Below, in pieces: positions 25,480 to 37,539 of a stretch of DNA of 64,000 nt. Positions within the stretch are counted from its first letter, which is position 1. Every line of letters begins with the position of its first letter. This stretch comes from Cetorhinus maximus. Lineage: Eukaryota. The notes under the pieces were generated by a model. That model made no database searches. It was not told the origin of the DNA and saw nothing but the letters and a program-made list of their open reading frames with translations. The position numbers and the translations under genes are program-made. The stretch is from NCBI RefSeq assembly GCF_964194155.1, contig NC_135883.1, positions 53,196,001 through 53,260,000 on the forward strand, given 5' to 3'.

Positions 25480-26260
25480 TTGGGAAAGGAAGGTGTACCG
25501 GTGGGTGGGAGAGGAAGGTGTAGGATTGACTGAGAGAGGAAGAGGTGTCGGGGGGGGAAGGTTGGGAGGGGGAGAATGAAGGTGTCGGAGGGGGGGTGAG
25601 GTAAGGGGGGAACAAAGGTGTCGGCGGGGACGAAGTGGGGGGGAACAAAGATGTTGAGGGAGATGAGGTTGGGAGGGGGGAATTAAGGTGTCAGGTGGGG
25701 GTGTCCAGGGGTGGGGAAGGAGTACCCATGGGGGTTAAGGAGTACCAAGGTGGGGAAGGCCTTCCAGAGGGGGAAGGGGTTCCAAGGTGGGGGGAGAGTC
25801 TGGAGGTAGACGTGCAAGGGAGGGTTCTGATGGGCCAATTACTGCCTCCTGGGGAGCGAACTGAGGGTGGGCGTGGTATGGAGGAAAGGTGAGAATGATG
25901 GAGGGCAGAGGTGAGGCAGTAGGGTTGGAAGGTGAGGGTTCAACAGTAGCGGTAGAAGGGATGGCAAAAGTGGTTTGTGGGGACTCGGAGGCAGACACGG
26001 ACCCTGGGGGTGGGAAGGAGGAGGTCGTGAAGGTGAATGTGGATGGGGTGGGTGGACTTTCGGGAAGGAAGGGAACGTGCACCTTTACCTGGGCATCCCC
26101 GAAGGAAAAGTGTTGTGGTTGGTAAGTCACACAGGGGAGTTGGAAGGTGATGCCAGGGGGCTCAACAGGTATGGGGGAATGGAAATGCGTAAATGGGAGA
26201 GGGGAAAGGATGGGGCAGCAAAATAAAAACTGTATTACCACCATGCTGGCCTAAATGAAA
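25480..26260 (+). repeat. G-rich low-complexity / degenerate tandem repeat inside the Harbinger
   Basis: Recurring aaggtgtcggngggg-type units and many GGG/GGGG runs. Confidence 0.75.
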
Positions 26261-26712
26261 ATGAAATGAGAGTCAGGGTGGGCGAGATTAGGGGCTGCAT
26301 GGGAGTGTGATCAGTGGGTGGGCGGAGATGCAGGTCAGCTCAGATGGACAACTGAAAGTGAACCCCAGCAGGCAGCATTGAAAATGCTCAGGACATTGAA
26401 ATGAGTGTGATATGGGAAGAACCCGTGTGCATGGAAGAGTGCTTACACGGGGCTCCAAAAGTCCCTGTCCCTCACACATACACAAGCACACTGACACACA
26501 TACACATCTCTCCCTCCAGAATCACTCTAGGGTCGTCTTCGTGCAGCTGAACGGCTGGTGGGGGTGGGTGCGGTGATGGATGCAGTGGGAGGACTCGCGA
26601 AGCCTGTCAATTACACATTATTCAGTGAAAGTGCACATATTTCCAGATTGCAAAGTGACAAAACTTGTCCACCCATGCAACCGTGATCAGAATTTCATAA
26701 CTTTTTAATGCC

Positions 26713-28384
26713 TTAGACTTCTAGTTGCTGCCCTGACATCTGCAGCAGGAGATAGCCAGTGCAATGGTTGGCCCTGTTGCCTCTGGCATGAGTCCTCTGG
26801 AGAGCCAAGTCCTTCGGGGCTCCGGCTTGCTTTGGCTGTTCTCCTGTGGGCCAGCTGCTCCCTCTGCGGTGACAGAGGACAAGGTTGAGAGGGTCACAGG
26901 CAAAGGTGACTCGGAGGGAGAGCACAGCCTCTGAGATTCCTGAGTGGATAAACCAGGGGTGTCCGGCTGCCGCTGAGGAGGGCCTGAGGGCCCTGTCCTG
27001 ACTCCTTGAGGGGAAGGAGCATCTGAGGGATGTCGAGGTGCCCCGTTTCCCTCTCGTGTTGACACTGTAGGAACTTACCCATGGCTCCCGCGATGGAGTG
27101 CAGGTCTGCACATATCATCACATTCTGCATGACATGGAGGCAGGGTCTCCATGGCGTCTGCCATTCTTCCGATGGAGACCTCCATACATGCATATGTGGG
27201 CACCACTTCATCAGACAGCAGGCTGACACACTCCTCCGACTCACGTGCCACACTGTTGAAGGCTTCCAATAGCTCTGCGTTATATTCCCCCACCTTCTGC
27301 TGACTCTCCAGGATGAGTTGGAAGGCCAAATCCAGAGGCTCGTCATCTGACTCGGATCCCACAGATGCCTCTTCCCCAGCAGTCCTCCGAGCGCCAGGGA
27401 GCTCGGCTGAACCTGTCTCCTCCTGGTGTGGACACATGTCCGTGCGGTGACCTCCAGATTGTGAACCCGAGTCTGCTGTAGATCTAGGTCCCTGTGTATC
27501 TCTGTGCTGGTGGAGGGTGAGGATAAGCACTGTTTCGGTCTTCCACACTGCTTATTTCTAGCTCTTCAATGGAGGAGTCCTCTTGGCTGGAGGTGAGGAT
27601 ATGGATGGAGCTGAGGGACTGGCTGGCTGAGGGTGTCGGTTGCTTGGCAGAGCTCCCTATGAACCGAAGTAGAGATAAGTAGTGCATGGCAGAGTCAAAA
27701 GAAGGAGATAGAGCACTCAGATTTACGTTGAGAGAGGGATGATGTGGTGCAGGGTCCTCATGTGGGTGTTCGCCGCCGACCTCACTGTCGCCGCAGGCAC
27801 ATTCCACATCCTCACCAGTCAGTGCGATGGCACACTCCTCAAAGTGAGTGAGGGACCTAATGTGGGCCACTCCACCCCTGGTCTTGGATCTCTCCCTGCT
27901 TATGTGAGCAGGCTTCTCCTGCATGAAAACAGATGGAGAGAGTGTGAGCAGGACACATGGCACTGCATGGAATGTTTGTGTGGTGAGCGGAGCCATGGAT
28001 AAGATGAGGACCCGAGCTGCAGAGGATATGAGCCTGATGGAGATTTGAGGGCGTGTGTGAGAGTTAGTAGCGTTGTCCCTTGAGGTGTGAGATCCCTGTG
28101 GATGTGTGATGGGTTTGTGAGTGTGTGAGTTGAGAGCGATCAGAAGAGTGACTTACCCTGGCGGAATGGAGGAGATCATTCATTCTCTTGTGCTACAGGG
28201 TGGCTGTGCTCTTTTGTAGGGCCTTGGCATGGATCACCGTTGCCACTGCCTCCCAAGCCAGATTGATGATGTTGCTGCCCATCCTGTGGCTATAGCAGGG
28301 TAGAGGACATCACAGCGTCCAAATGGTGCTCAAGGGATGCGTCATTAAACCTGGGGCTTCAGTCTTGTTGCCTTTCGGAGCCAT
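26713..28384 (-). pseudogene. Three-exon Harbinger Myb/SANT (NAIF1/MSANTD-like) DNA-binding protein pseudogene
   Basis: Exon 1 (28384-28157): MAPKG..APRFNDASLE..AWEAVA...KRMNDLLHSAR|gtaagt, with frameshifts and a stop. Exon 2 from 27918: cag|EKPAHISRERSKTRGG. Exon 3 from ~27657: Ser/acidic and coiled-coil region. Confidence 0.8.
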
Positions 28385-28707
28385 GTCTTCTGTGCAGCAG
28401 TCATGGGCTGGAAGCAGAGGTTTGCGCGCAGCTGAAATTTAAATATGGTGAGATGGCATGATGAGACGGCAAGGTAATGGCATGGCGGGCGAATGTGAGC
28501 CCGCCCACCATCAAAATGTCATGTTTCTGGGGAATGTATAATTAATGCGGCTGGATTGGGACAATATGGCTTGAGAAGCCGCCATTGCGACCAATGGGTA
28601 AAAAGTAATTTTTCCCTCCTGCTACCACACTTAGTGCAAATCTTGGATGATTCTGCCCATTAAACCAGATTTCCAAATACAGGCTGGAGCTTGGCACCAC
28701 CAGACCA

Positions 28708-28828
28708 GGTCACAGACATGAAACATTAACTCTGTTTCTCTCTTCACAGATGCTGCCAGGCCTGCTGAGTATTTCCAGCACTTTGTGTTTTTATTTCAGA
28801 TTTCCAGCATCTGCAATATTGCTTTTGC
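28708..28828 (+). mobile_element. Older Penelope-type short terminal repeat (decayed hammerhead region)
   Basis: ggtcacagacatgaaacattaactctgtttctctcttcacagatgctgccaggcctgctgagtatttccagca...tttccagcatctgca. Confidence 0.65.
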
Positions 28829-29289
28829 TCTTTCATTGCCAAAAGTAGTTGGGAGCGATCTAATCTTTATCTGGATTGTCCTCCAATTTTTAACTCAAGC
28901 CAGAGAAATTACAAATGTGTTCTCAACTAATGAACAGGCCTAGCTTTTATCAAGTAATTAAAATTTGCTCATCATATGTTTTGATATATGCATATCTAAG
29001 GTGCTCATCCCAAACAGGAAATGCTTGCAATAAGGTATCACTCAGGTCAGCCAGAAGACCTGCATTAAAGGAAGTTTAGTTTGAGGATGAAAGGTGCTGA
29101 AAATGTTCTTGTTAAATGAGAGGCTCGGGGAGAGATTAAAGACATCCAATGATTTCAGATTGACAGAATACCCTTGATAGAAAGGGAGGTTACTGGGTTT
29201 TTTAGGCCCAAAATGTCCTTATGCTACAATGCTGGTGGTTATACCACTTGCCTGGCCTAGACATTACTGTGGAGGCTAGTGAAACATCT

Positions 29290-30617
29290 CACCTCACAGC
29301 TACAGCCCTCTTGTACAAAGATATATCCCAGTGAAGAAGGAGGATTCTAGGAAAGGGATAAACCAACCATTGTTAACCAAGGAAGTTAAGGATAGTTATC
29401 AAATTTAAAGAAAAAAAACATACAATGTGGCAAAGATTAGTGGTAAGCCAGAGGATTGGGAAAAGTTTTAAAAAGCAACAGAAGATGACCAAAAAAAAGA
29501 ATAGAGGGAGAAAATAAACTTTGAGGGTAAACTAGCAAGTAATGTAAAAATGGACAGTAAGAGCTTCTTTAAATATATATAAAGGAAGAGAGAGGCCAAA
29601 GTGAACATAGGCCCCTTAGAGAATATGGCTGGGGAAATAATAATGGGGAACCAGGAAATGGCAGAGGAGTTGAATAAATAATTTGCATCAGTCTTCACGG
29701 TAGAAGACACTAATAGCATTCCAAAAATACTAAATAATCATGGGGCAAAAGCAGGGGGAGTGGGGGGAATGGGTGGGAGCAACAAATAGATACAATAACT
29801 ATCACAAGAGAAAAAGTACTAGGGAAACTAATGGGCCTAAAGGCCGATAAGTCACCTGGACCTGATGGGTTGCATCCTAGGATCTTAAAGGAAATAACTG
29901 CAGAGATAGTGGATGCACTGGTAGTAATCTTCCAAGAATCCTTAGATTCTGGAAAAGTCCCAGAGGATTGGGAAACTGCCAATGTAACACCCTTATTCAA
30001 AAAGGGAGGGAGACAAAAAAAGAGGTGACTATACGCCAATTAGCTTAACATCTGTCATTGGGAAAATGTTAAAATCTATAATAAAGGATGTAAAAGCAGA
30101 GCATTTAGAAATGCTTAATGTAATCAAGCGGAGTCAGAATGGCTTCATGAAGGATAAATCATGCCTGACAAATTTATCAGAATTCATTGAGGAGGTGACA
30201 AGCAGGATAGATGAAGGGGAGCCAGTAGAGATAATATATTTGGATTTCCAAAAGGCATTCGATAAGGTATCGCACATAAGGCTACTTAATAAGATAAGAG
30301 CCTATGGTGTTAGGGGTAGTATATTAACACGGACAGAGGATTGGCTGACTAATAGAAGACAGAGAGTTGGGGGATAAGGGGGGCATTTTCAGGATGGCAA
30401 CCTGTAACTAGTGGAGTGCCACAGGGATCAGTGGTGGGGTCACAATTATTTACAATATATATCAATGACTTAGTTGAGGGAAATGAATGCACTATTGCCG
30501 TGTTTGCGGATGACAGAAAAATAGGTGGGAAGGCAAGTGGTGAGGATGACACAAAGAGTCTACAGAGGGATATAGACAGGTTAAGTGAGTGGGCAAAAAC
30601 GTGGCAGATGAAATATA
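29290..30617 (+). mobile_element. CR1 LINE ORF2 (RT) fragment, interrupted by Harbinger
   Basis: KSPGPDGLHPRILKE...VPEDWETANVTPLFKKG, YLDFQKAFDKVSH and PQGSVVGSQLF.IYINDL...FADD...WAKTWQMKY. Confidence 0.9.
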
Positions 30618-30853
30618 GGGCAGAATTTTCCATTTGGTAGGGCGGCGGGCAGGCAGCTGATTGCCACTGCAAAAACGGGCCGCACCGCTATTTTCCGCGG
30701 GCGGGCCAATTAAGGCCTGCCCAGCGGATTAGCGATTCCTGTGGAGAACGGGAAACTAGTCGCGGAGGCGGGCGTGCTCAGACCGCCGGTTCCAATGGGG
30801 AAATGACAATCTGTATAAAGAGTGGAAAGGCAACCTGCTTGAGGCAGTGCACC

Positions 30854-33650
30854 ATGGCCACTCGGGGTGAGAGAGAGGCAGCTACAGAACAGGAGCATGA
30901 GCAGGAGGAGGGGGGCAGGCTGCAGGAGAGGCCAGCGGAGGGCCGCTGTGCCCCCCGATTTTCTGATGCCTGCCTTGCTGTCCTCCTCCAAGAGGTGTCC
31001 AGCCATCGGGATATATTGTATCCGGATGATGGCCCCCCCGTCACCAGGCAGGCGTGGGAGGAGGTTGGTGACGCTGTAAGCCCCCATGACGATGTGCGGC
31101 GCACAGGCACACAGTGCCACAAGAGATTCAATGATTTGCTGCGCTCTGGAAGGGTGAGTACCATGTCAGTCTTGGCCATTTGACCCAAAAGGTAACCTTA
31201 GTCTTTGAGCACCTCCATGTCTTAGTGTTGTTACTGCATTGGGCATTTGGCGCACGCGGGGTGGGCAAATGGGTAGTGATCATGCTTACATCAGCCTTAG
31301 TGGTTGAGGAGAAGATGGGTTCTCCCCATAGCATATGTTGGTGTTTGTCGCATTTGAGTAGTCTGGGGGCAACCTGCAGGGGAGGCCGCTAAACACGTAC
31401 TCAGAACTCCAACACATGTCATGTTGATGGTGATGAGACGGTGGAAGGGGAGCCTCAAGCTATCGTGGCCAAGTGCCATCTGCTGGCATTGGCACCTTAC
31501 CTAGTTGCGCCTCCTTGCCATGGGAGCTAAGACCCGTGTGCTATTCAAAGTGATGGACGCTGAATGTGTCCAAGGTGGCCGTTGGGGGAGGGGGTTGGGA
31601 GCAGCCGTACTATCTTCTGGGGACTGATCACCAGTAGTGTGGACAGGAGCCGCTGGAGGCCTCAGATGGGCCCCTGTGGTTGGGGTGCGGTGTGCGCGTG
31701 CAGAGTACATGAGCGATCAGCCCCAATAAATCCTCTTCTCTGTTCTGCAGGCAAAAAGTAAACACAATCAGCGGGAGCTGGAGGTGGGCACACCCTGCTC
31801 CAGTGACTCACGACCTTCGAGGAGCAGGCCATGGAGCTGGGGAGGAGGCAGGAGGCCAGGGCAGCCAGGGTGGCAGGTGGCAGCAAGGCTGGGGTCCAGC
31901 GGCCGGGTATTTGAGGTCCACAGTCCCATCCACTCTGTCTGCCCACCATCCAAACCACTGATGGCTGCTGCAATCGGTGATGCTGAAACACTGCTCATTC
32001 ACAGACTGAGACACTCTGACATGTGGGTCATACACAAAGGTCCCTCGTCCCCTTGAGAAATCGCGTCCCCACCACCTTCCAAAGTCACCTTATCCCATTT
32101 CTGACCACTATCCCCATGGTCTAACATACCATGGCATCGCTGCTGCACATCCAAAGACTTATTGCATCTTGGGGGGGTTTGAACCTCCACCACCCTTTCA
32201 GCCACTGTGTCCCACATTACTCTGTCCAAAAGGTCCTCAGCACCTCAGCTGCGAACCTCATGGCATTCAACTTAAATAAATGCCACCGCGTTAGTCATCC
32301 CTGCACCAAGGGGAAATGTTGCCTTCTGCCCACCCGGTCTATGCCCCTCCTAACGGTACGAAGGTCAATAATGTGACCTGTCAATCTTCTGTGATCCACG
32401 ACAAATGTCACAAGTGTTTGCGATGTTTCCTCAGCCCTGCAACTCTCCAGGCCAGCATGTATCCATGTCAGGAACCTCTGCACTCTCCCCACTCCAATGG
32501 CCATAACATGCCATGTGGCATTCCGGAGGCCATCTGACCAGCCTGTCTGTATGCACGTCTAATGTTTGAGCCTCCTCTTGACTCTTTTCCAAGCGACTAA
32601 TGTTCATCCCCGTAAGGTCTTGAAGGGTGAGCAACTTATGAGGCTGGGGGGGAAAGGGATGAAAGGTGTTACTAACTGAACGCCAACTGATGCAGTGTCC
32701 TTGTTGTTAATTTCAGCATCACCACTACATGGCCATGCCCAAAGACACCGCAGCCCCCCCTCCACACCTGGTGCCCAAGACGTGCAACTTGCGGCACATC
32801 ATTTCAGCCAGCCAGGCACCAGCGCAGACACAAACACCTCGGTGGGGAATTTACCGTCGGCTAGTGTCCCGGGTCACAGTGGAGAGGGCACTTCACAATT
32901 GCTGGATGAGATGGTAGGGACAGAGAGTGGCGATGGTGCCAGCAGCCAGAGGGCTGCAGGGACCCGGCACATGCTGAGTCCGGCAGTGATGATGTGCCTC
33001 TGGAGCTGTCACCAATGCAGCAGCTGCAGGACAAGCGGCAGGAATCGCGTTTGCATCTGGCATGGTTGCATGAGGGTGTACTTCAGCTGGTCTCTGTGGT
33101 GGAGGAAACCAGGCAGAGTGTCAGTGATGGCATGAACCTCAGGGCAGAGCTTCAGGCTTCCTCCACTGAGAGATTGGCGACTCTCATGGAGAGGGGGTTC
33201 GATCGGATGGAGAATCTTCTGATTGGGTTACGCTCTGACCTGCAAGCCCTCACAGCGGTAATGGCTACAGGTGGTCCTTCCCAATGTGGGAGATGTTGTG
33301 GGCACCAAGCGTCGGCACTTGGTGCCCATGCATCTGGGGTGATCAGGGAGGTCCATTGGGACCTCACGTCGGCGCAGCAGCAGCCTGTTGTCGCTGCGAG
33401 CTCCTTTCAGGGCGCTCCGGAGGAGGGCAGCAGCTCCTCCGCCACTTTGCCAGTGACTGTTGCATCCATTGAGGCTGCAAAAACTGGGGAGGTACCAGTT
33501 CCATCACAGGCTCCACGGTCCAGAGGACGCCCGCCAAGGTCATCAACGCCAACAGGACAGCAGAGTCAGCAGGCTGTCTCACAAGCCACTCCGAGCGATG
33601 GGGCGGCACCAAGACGAGGCACCCGCAAACGTAAGCATAAGGCATGTTAG
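30854..33650 (+). pseudogene. Three-exon Harbinger Myb/SANT protein gene, lightly decayed
   Basis: Exon 1 (30854-31153) is open for 100 codons (APRFSDACLAVLLQEV..RDILYP...RQAWEEV...RTGTQCHKRFNDLLRSGR|gtgagt). Exon 2 from 31751 (AKSKHNQRE..GGG) has a frameshift and stop. Exon 3 (32717-33650) ends RRGTRKRKHKAC, an NLS-like motif. Confidence 0.85.
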
Positions 33651-33900
33651 GCACTCCACAGGTTTCTCACTGGTGATTTTGTGTTGACCTTAGAATAGGG
33701 AAAAATATACTTATGTTTGCAATGGAAACGTTTCTGTCATATTTTGGACATAATAAAGTCCACTTTTCTGACCGTGGCTGAGGGTGTTTCCTTTGTGCTG
33801 CATTTGTATGTTTCACAGACATAACATGAGTGTTTGAGTGGACATTGATGTTTCTATACTAAGCCCTTAGTTGCAGCTGATGAGGTGGAAGATGTAGCAC

Positions 33901-35000
33901 CTAAGTGCCACGCATGGAAGCGCCAGGCAATGCTGTTCCTGCTGATCCATGTGTGTGGAGATAGCTGAAGGTTCTTTGGATTAAAGTGTCCCAGGTGTCC
34001 CTGCCTCTTTGGTGTAATAGTGGGTCGGTGTGCTGCCCCTCATCATCGCCCTGTGCTTCCTCATCCTCTGAGCCACTGCTGGATTCATTATGTGCAGCCT
34101 CATCCAGGGCGTCAAGGTCTTCATCGTCAACTGCATCCCCCCTTTCCAGCGCAAGATTGTGCAGAGCGCAGCATGCTACCGCTATCACATAGACGCGATC
34201 TGGGGGATACTGGAGTGCGCCCCCTGAGCGGTCCAGGCAACGGAAGTGCATCTTGAGAAGACCGATGGCTTTCTCCACAACAGCCCTTGTGGTGACGTGC
34301 CTCCTATTGTAGCGCTCCTCAGCTTCTGTTCTTGGATAGCGGAGTGGCGTCATGAGCCACCTTCAGAGGGGATAGACCTTGTCACCCAGTAGCCATCCAT
34401 CCAGCCGAGCCGGAGCACTGAAGAGCCCCGGCACCTGGGAGTGTCTGAGGATGTAGGCGTTGTGGGAGCTGCCTGGGTACCTTGCGCGGACTTGCAGAAT
34501 CTACATCCTGTGATCACACACTATCTGCACGTTCATGGAGTGGAAGCCCTTCCTTTGATGAAGGCATTGGGCTCACCTGCTGGCGCTTTTATGGTCACAT
34601 GTGTGCAGTCTATTGCACCCTGGACGTGGAGGAAGCCAGCAATGGCCGCGAAGCCTCTGGCTCGCTGTGCCTGACTTGCCTGGTCGCAGCGGAAGTGGAT
34701 GAAGGTCAATACCCATCTGAACAGAGCATCTGTAACCTGCTTGACACAAGTGTGGACAGCTGATTGGGAGATACCGCAAAGATCACCCAACGAGCCCTGG
34801 AAGAAGCCTGAGGCATAGAAGTGGAGGGCAACTGTGACCTTTAGAGCCACTGGCATGGGGTGTCCACCCACACAGTTAGGGGAGATCTCAGGGCCAATCA
34901 TCTGACAGATATAGTTGACTATCTCCCTTGAGAGTCGGAGCCTCCTTTGGCACTGCACCTCAGTCATACTGAGGTAGCTGCTTCGCCGCCTGTATACGAA
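33901..35000 (-). pseudogene. Harbinger DDE transposase, 5'-truncated
   Basis: QCQRRLRLSRE...KVTVALHFYASGFFQ...GAIDCTHV...ARYPGSSHN...[11 protein letters not shown]...AEERYNRRH..TRAVVEKAIGLLKMHFRCL...CCALHNLAL. One frameshift near 34555, two stops, and the HD motif changed to HN. Confidence 0.92.
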
Positions 35001-35096
35001 CTGCCGAAGGGTCATGAGGATTCGAAACATCAACTGTTTTCTTCTCCACTGATGCTGCCAGACCTGCTGAGTTTTTCCAGGTAATTCTGTTTTTGT
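35001..35096 (+). mobile_element. Penelope-type short element with hammerhead-like motif
   Basis: CTGCCGA-A-GGGTC-atgag-GATTC-GAAAC-ATC-AACTG followed by gatgctgccagacctgctgagtttttccag. Confidence 0.75.
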
Positions 35097-36330
35097 GTTA
35101 AAAATAGGGAAACCTTGCTAAAACTATACAAGGCACTAGTTAGGCCACACCTAGAATACTGTGAACAATTTTGTTCCCCTTATCTAAGGAAAGATATACT
35201 GGCATTGGCGTCAGTCCAGAGAAGGTCCATTAGGTTGATCCTGAGTATGGAGGGATTTTCTTATGAGGAGAGGTTGAGTAGGTTGGGCCTGTACTCATTG
35301 CAGTTTAGAAGAATAAGAGGAGACCTTATTGAAACATATGAACTTTCTCCCCGTCGGGCGGCCCGGTCAGGAGTGGACGCGGATCCGATCACCTGCGTGC
35401 TGTCATTTTATGTGGGCGGGCCAATTAAGGCCCACCCAGCATGACGCGCACCCAGAAGCGCTCAGCGCTACCTGTGTGCCCGGGGGGAGGAGGGAGAGTG
35501 CGAAAGAGCGCAGAAATTTCCCTGATGCACGGAGCTGCCTCAGGGAGATTAATTTCGTCATGAAAAATGGAATTTAAAAAATTCAGATATGTCCCCTCAT
35601 GTGACAGTGTCACATGAGCTGGGACATGTTTATGAATTGTAATAAAAGCTTTTATTTAAGCTATAAACCCTTCATGAAACCTCACCCCACCTGTGGATGA
35701 GGTTCCATGAAAAATGCGAAGGCTGCCTGGGCCCTTCTCCTGCCCACCAACCTTAAGGTTGGATGGGCTGCTCTGACAACTACTTTAATTAGATGATTAA
35801 CAGCCTTAACAAGCCTTTGACAGTTTGGCGGGCATGCAGCCAACTCCAGTGCGTGACCGCCGACCAGAAGGTCAGAATGATGTGCGGTGACATCAGGTCA
35901 GACACCCGACATCACCACGCGTCATTTTATGCATCGGCGTGCGAAACCCGCCCCTGCACGCCGAGCAGAAGACTCTGGCCATAAGATTCTTAGGGGGCTT
36001 AACAGGGTAGATGCTGAGAGGTTGCTTCCCCTTGTGGGTGAGTCTAGGACCAGAGGGCATAATTTCTGAGTTAGGGGTCGCCCATTTAAGACAGAAATGA
36101 GGAGGAATTTCTTCTCTCAGAGGGTAGTGAATCTTTGGAATTCTTTAGCTCAGAGGGCTGTAGATGTTGGGTCATTAAGTATATTCAAGGCTGAGATAGA
36201 GATTTTTAATCAGTAAGGGAATCAAGCGTTATGGGGAAAAGGCAGGAAAGTGGGGCTGAGGATTGTCAGGTCAGCCATGATCTCATTGAATGGCAGAGCA
36301 GACTCGATGGGCCGAATGGCCTACACCTTC
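35097..36330 (+). mobile_element. CR1 3' end, split by a MITE
   Basis: LLKLYKALVRPHLEYC...RGDLIETY, then the MITE, then KILRGLNRVDAERL... and the CR1 3' UTR. Confidence 0.85.
35340..35980. mobile_element. Harbinger MITE
   Basis: Homologous to 40547-41229. The right end is agaagactctggcc|ata. The first bases of the left TIR are missing. Confidence 0.8.
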
Positions 36331-36933
36331 ATGTGTCCGAAAGAAAATGTTGGCTGTGTGCGGCCAGTTTGTTTACATTATGTTTTACATTTCGGATTGC
36401 TGCGTGGCTGCATAGCAGCGTGGCTGCACACAACTGCAGCTTAAAGGGAACATTGGTCTGATCTAAACTAAGTTTGCTGACTTCATGTTAATCTTTAATG
36501 TTGAGTATTATGTCAAATTGTAACAAATGGCCAATGCTGATTTACTGTGATAGACCTGCACTGTCAGTTCAACATTAGATATTAATCCTGCCAGTTAAGA
36601 ATATTCATCTAAGTGCTTTGTACATCTTTACTATTTAACATAAAAATTCTACCAGTGATATTAACTTAACTGTTTTAATAAAGAATGCTATTTCATGATT
36701 TCATTGCCTAACTTCATCTTCATCTTCATCTCTGTCGCTGTTTGCCCAAGACTGCCAGGAACTCCATTGTCAGTGCTCTATTGGGAAAGGGTCTCCCACC
36801 CCATCTCTCTTTCAAGAAGAAAGGTTAGTCATTCACTGAGTCTTCTGGTCTTCTAAATCGATTGTGCCAAGTTTATTACAAATTGGACTATTTAATGTAA
36901 AACAGTTCAAGCATGCAAAATTTCAACAACAAA

Positions 36934-37344
36934 TACCGTAAATCATGACATATAAGTCAGCTTGGCATATAAGATAACCACATTTTTCTGGCCCCAAAAA
37001 TCATGTTTTTGCATACTTGATGTATGCGTCAATCCCCCTTTTCCGCTACAACATGCTATGCTCACATTATTAGTCAGCCTCAATTTTTCACCCCACAAAT
37101 GCATGTTTTATGGTTGTAACTGGGCACAAGGGGTCAAGCAGGCGATTTGGGTTGTGTTGCAAAGATGTGCAGGAATTTAAGACACACTCACTCTTTGAGA
37201 CAGATGCTGATGACATTTCAAAATGGCGAGCACCCACGCGCATGTTGGCGACTCACTTTTATACTTGGTGTATAAGTTGACCTCTATTTTTGGAGTTATT
37301 TTTCAAGGCTTCAAAGTTCGACTAAGATACTGACAACTGCAGTA
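36934..37344. mobile_element. Decayed Tc1/pogo (Tigger-like) MITE
   Basis: Starts TA-CCGTAaatc..atataagtc, has repeated gtataag motifs, and ends tcgacta...ctgcag-TA. Confidence 0.45.
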
Positions 37345-37539
37345 CTTTTCTAGACATGGATGATTAATTCACAAGGTTTTTTTTTTGATGAAGAGCTAAA
37401 GTGAAGGGGATAACAATTTGTTTAGTGCTCTTTAATTAAAATTCCTTAAAAGGGTTGTGGGTTCATCAATCCCAGTTTTCTTAAACTGCCTATTTATTAA
37501 GCTCATGAGACATGATCAACAATTCATACAACAATGCCA

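Larger units (their letters stand above)
24959..28658 (-). mobile_element. Complete non-autonomous Harbinger (3.7 kb) retaining only the Myb/SANT gene; TSD ATT
   Basis: TIRs GGGCAGAAT(ttccc) and (ggatg)ATTCTGCCC. ATT at 24956-24958 and 28659-28661. No transposase motifs seen inside. Confidence 0.88.
30618..35000. mobile_element. Two-gene Harbinger transposon (Myb/SANT on + strand, transposase on - strand, convergent); right end deleted
   Basis: Left TIR GGGCAGAATTTTCC follows ATA in the CR1. Convergent genes are separated by ~250 bp containing AATAAA (33752-33757). The element ends at a Penelope-type insertion. Confidence 0.9.

Noticed and set aside
25397-26244. Pro-rich and Gly/Glu-rich ORFs
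   Set aside because: By-products of the G-rich low-complexity tract.
33901-35000. Domesticated HARBI1 gene or active transposase
   Set aside because: It is 5'-truncated and frameshifted, has stops and an HD-to-HN change, and lies within a TIR-bearing element.
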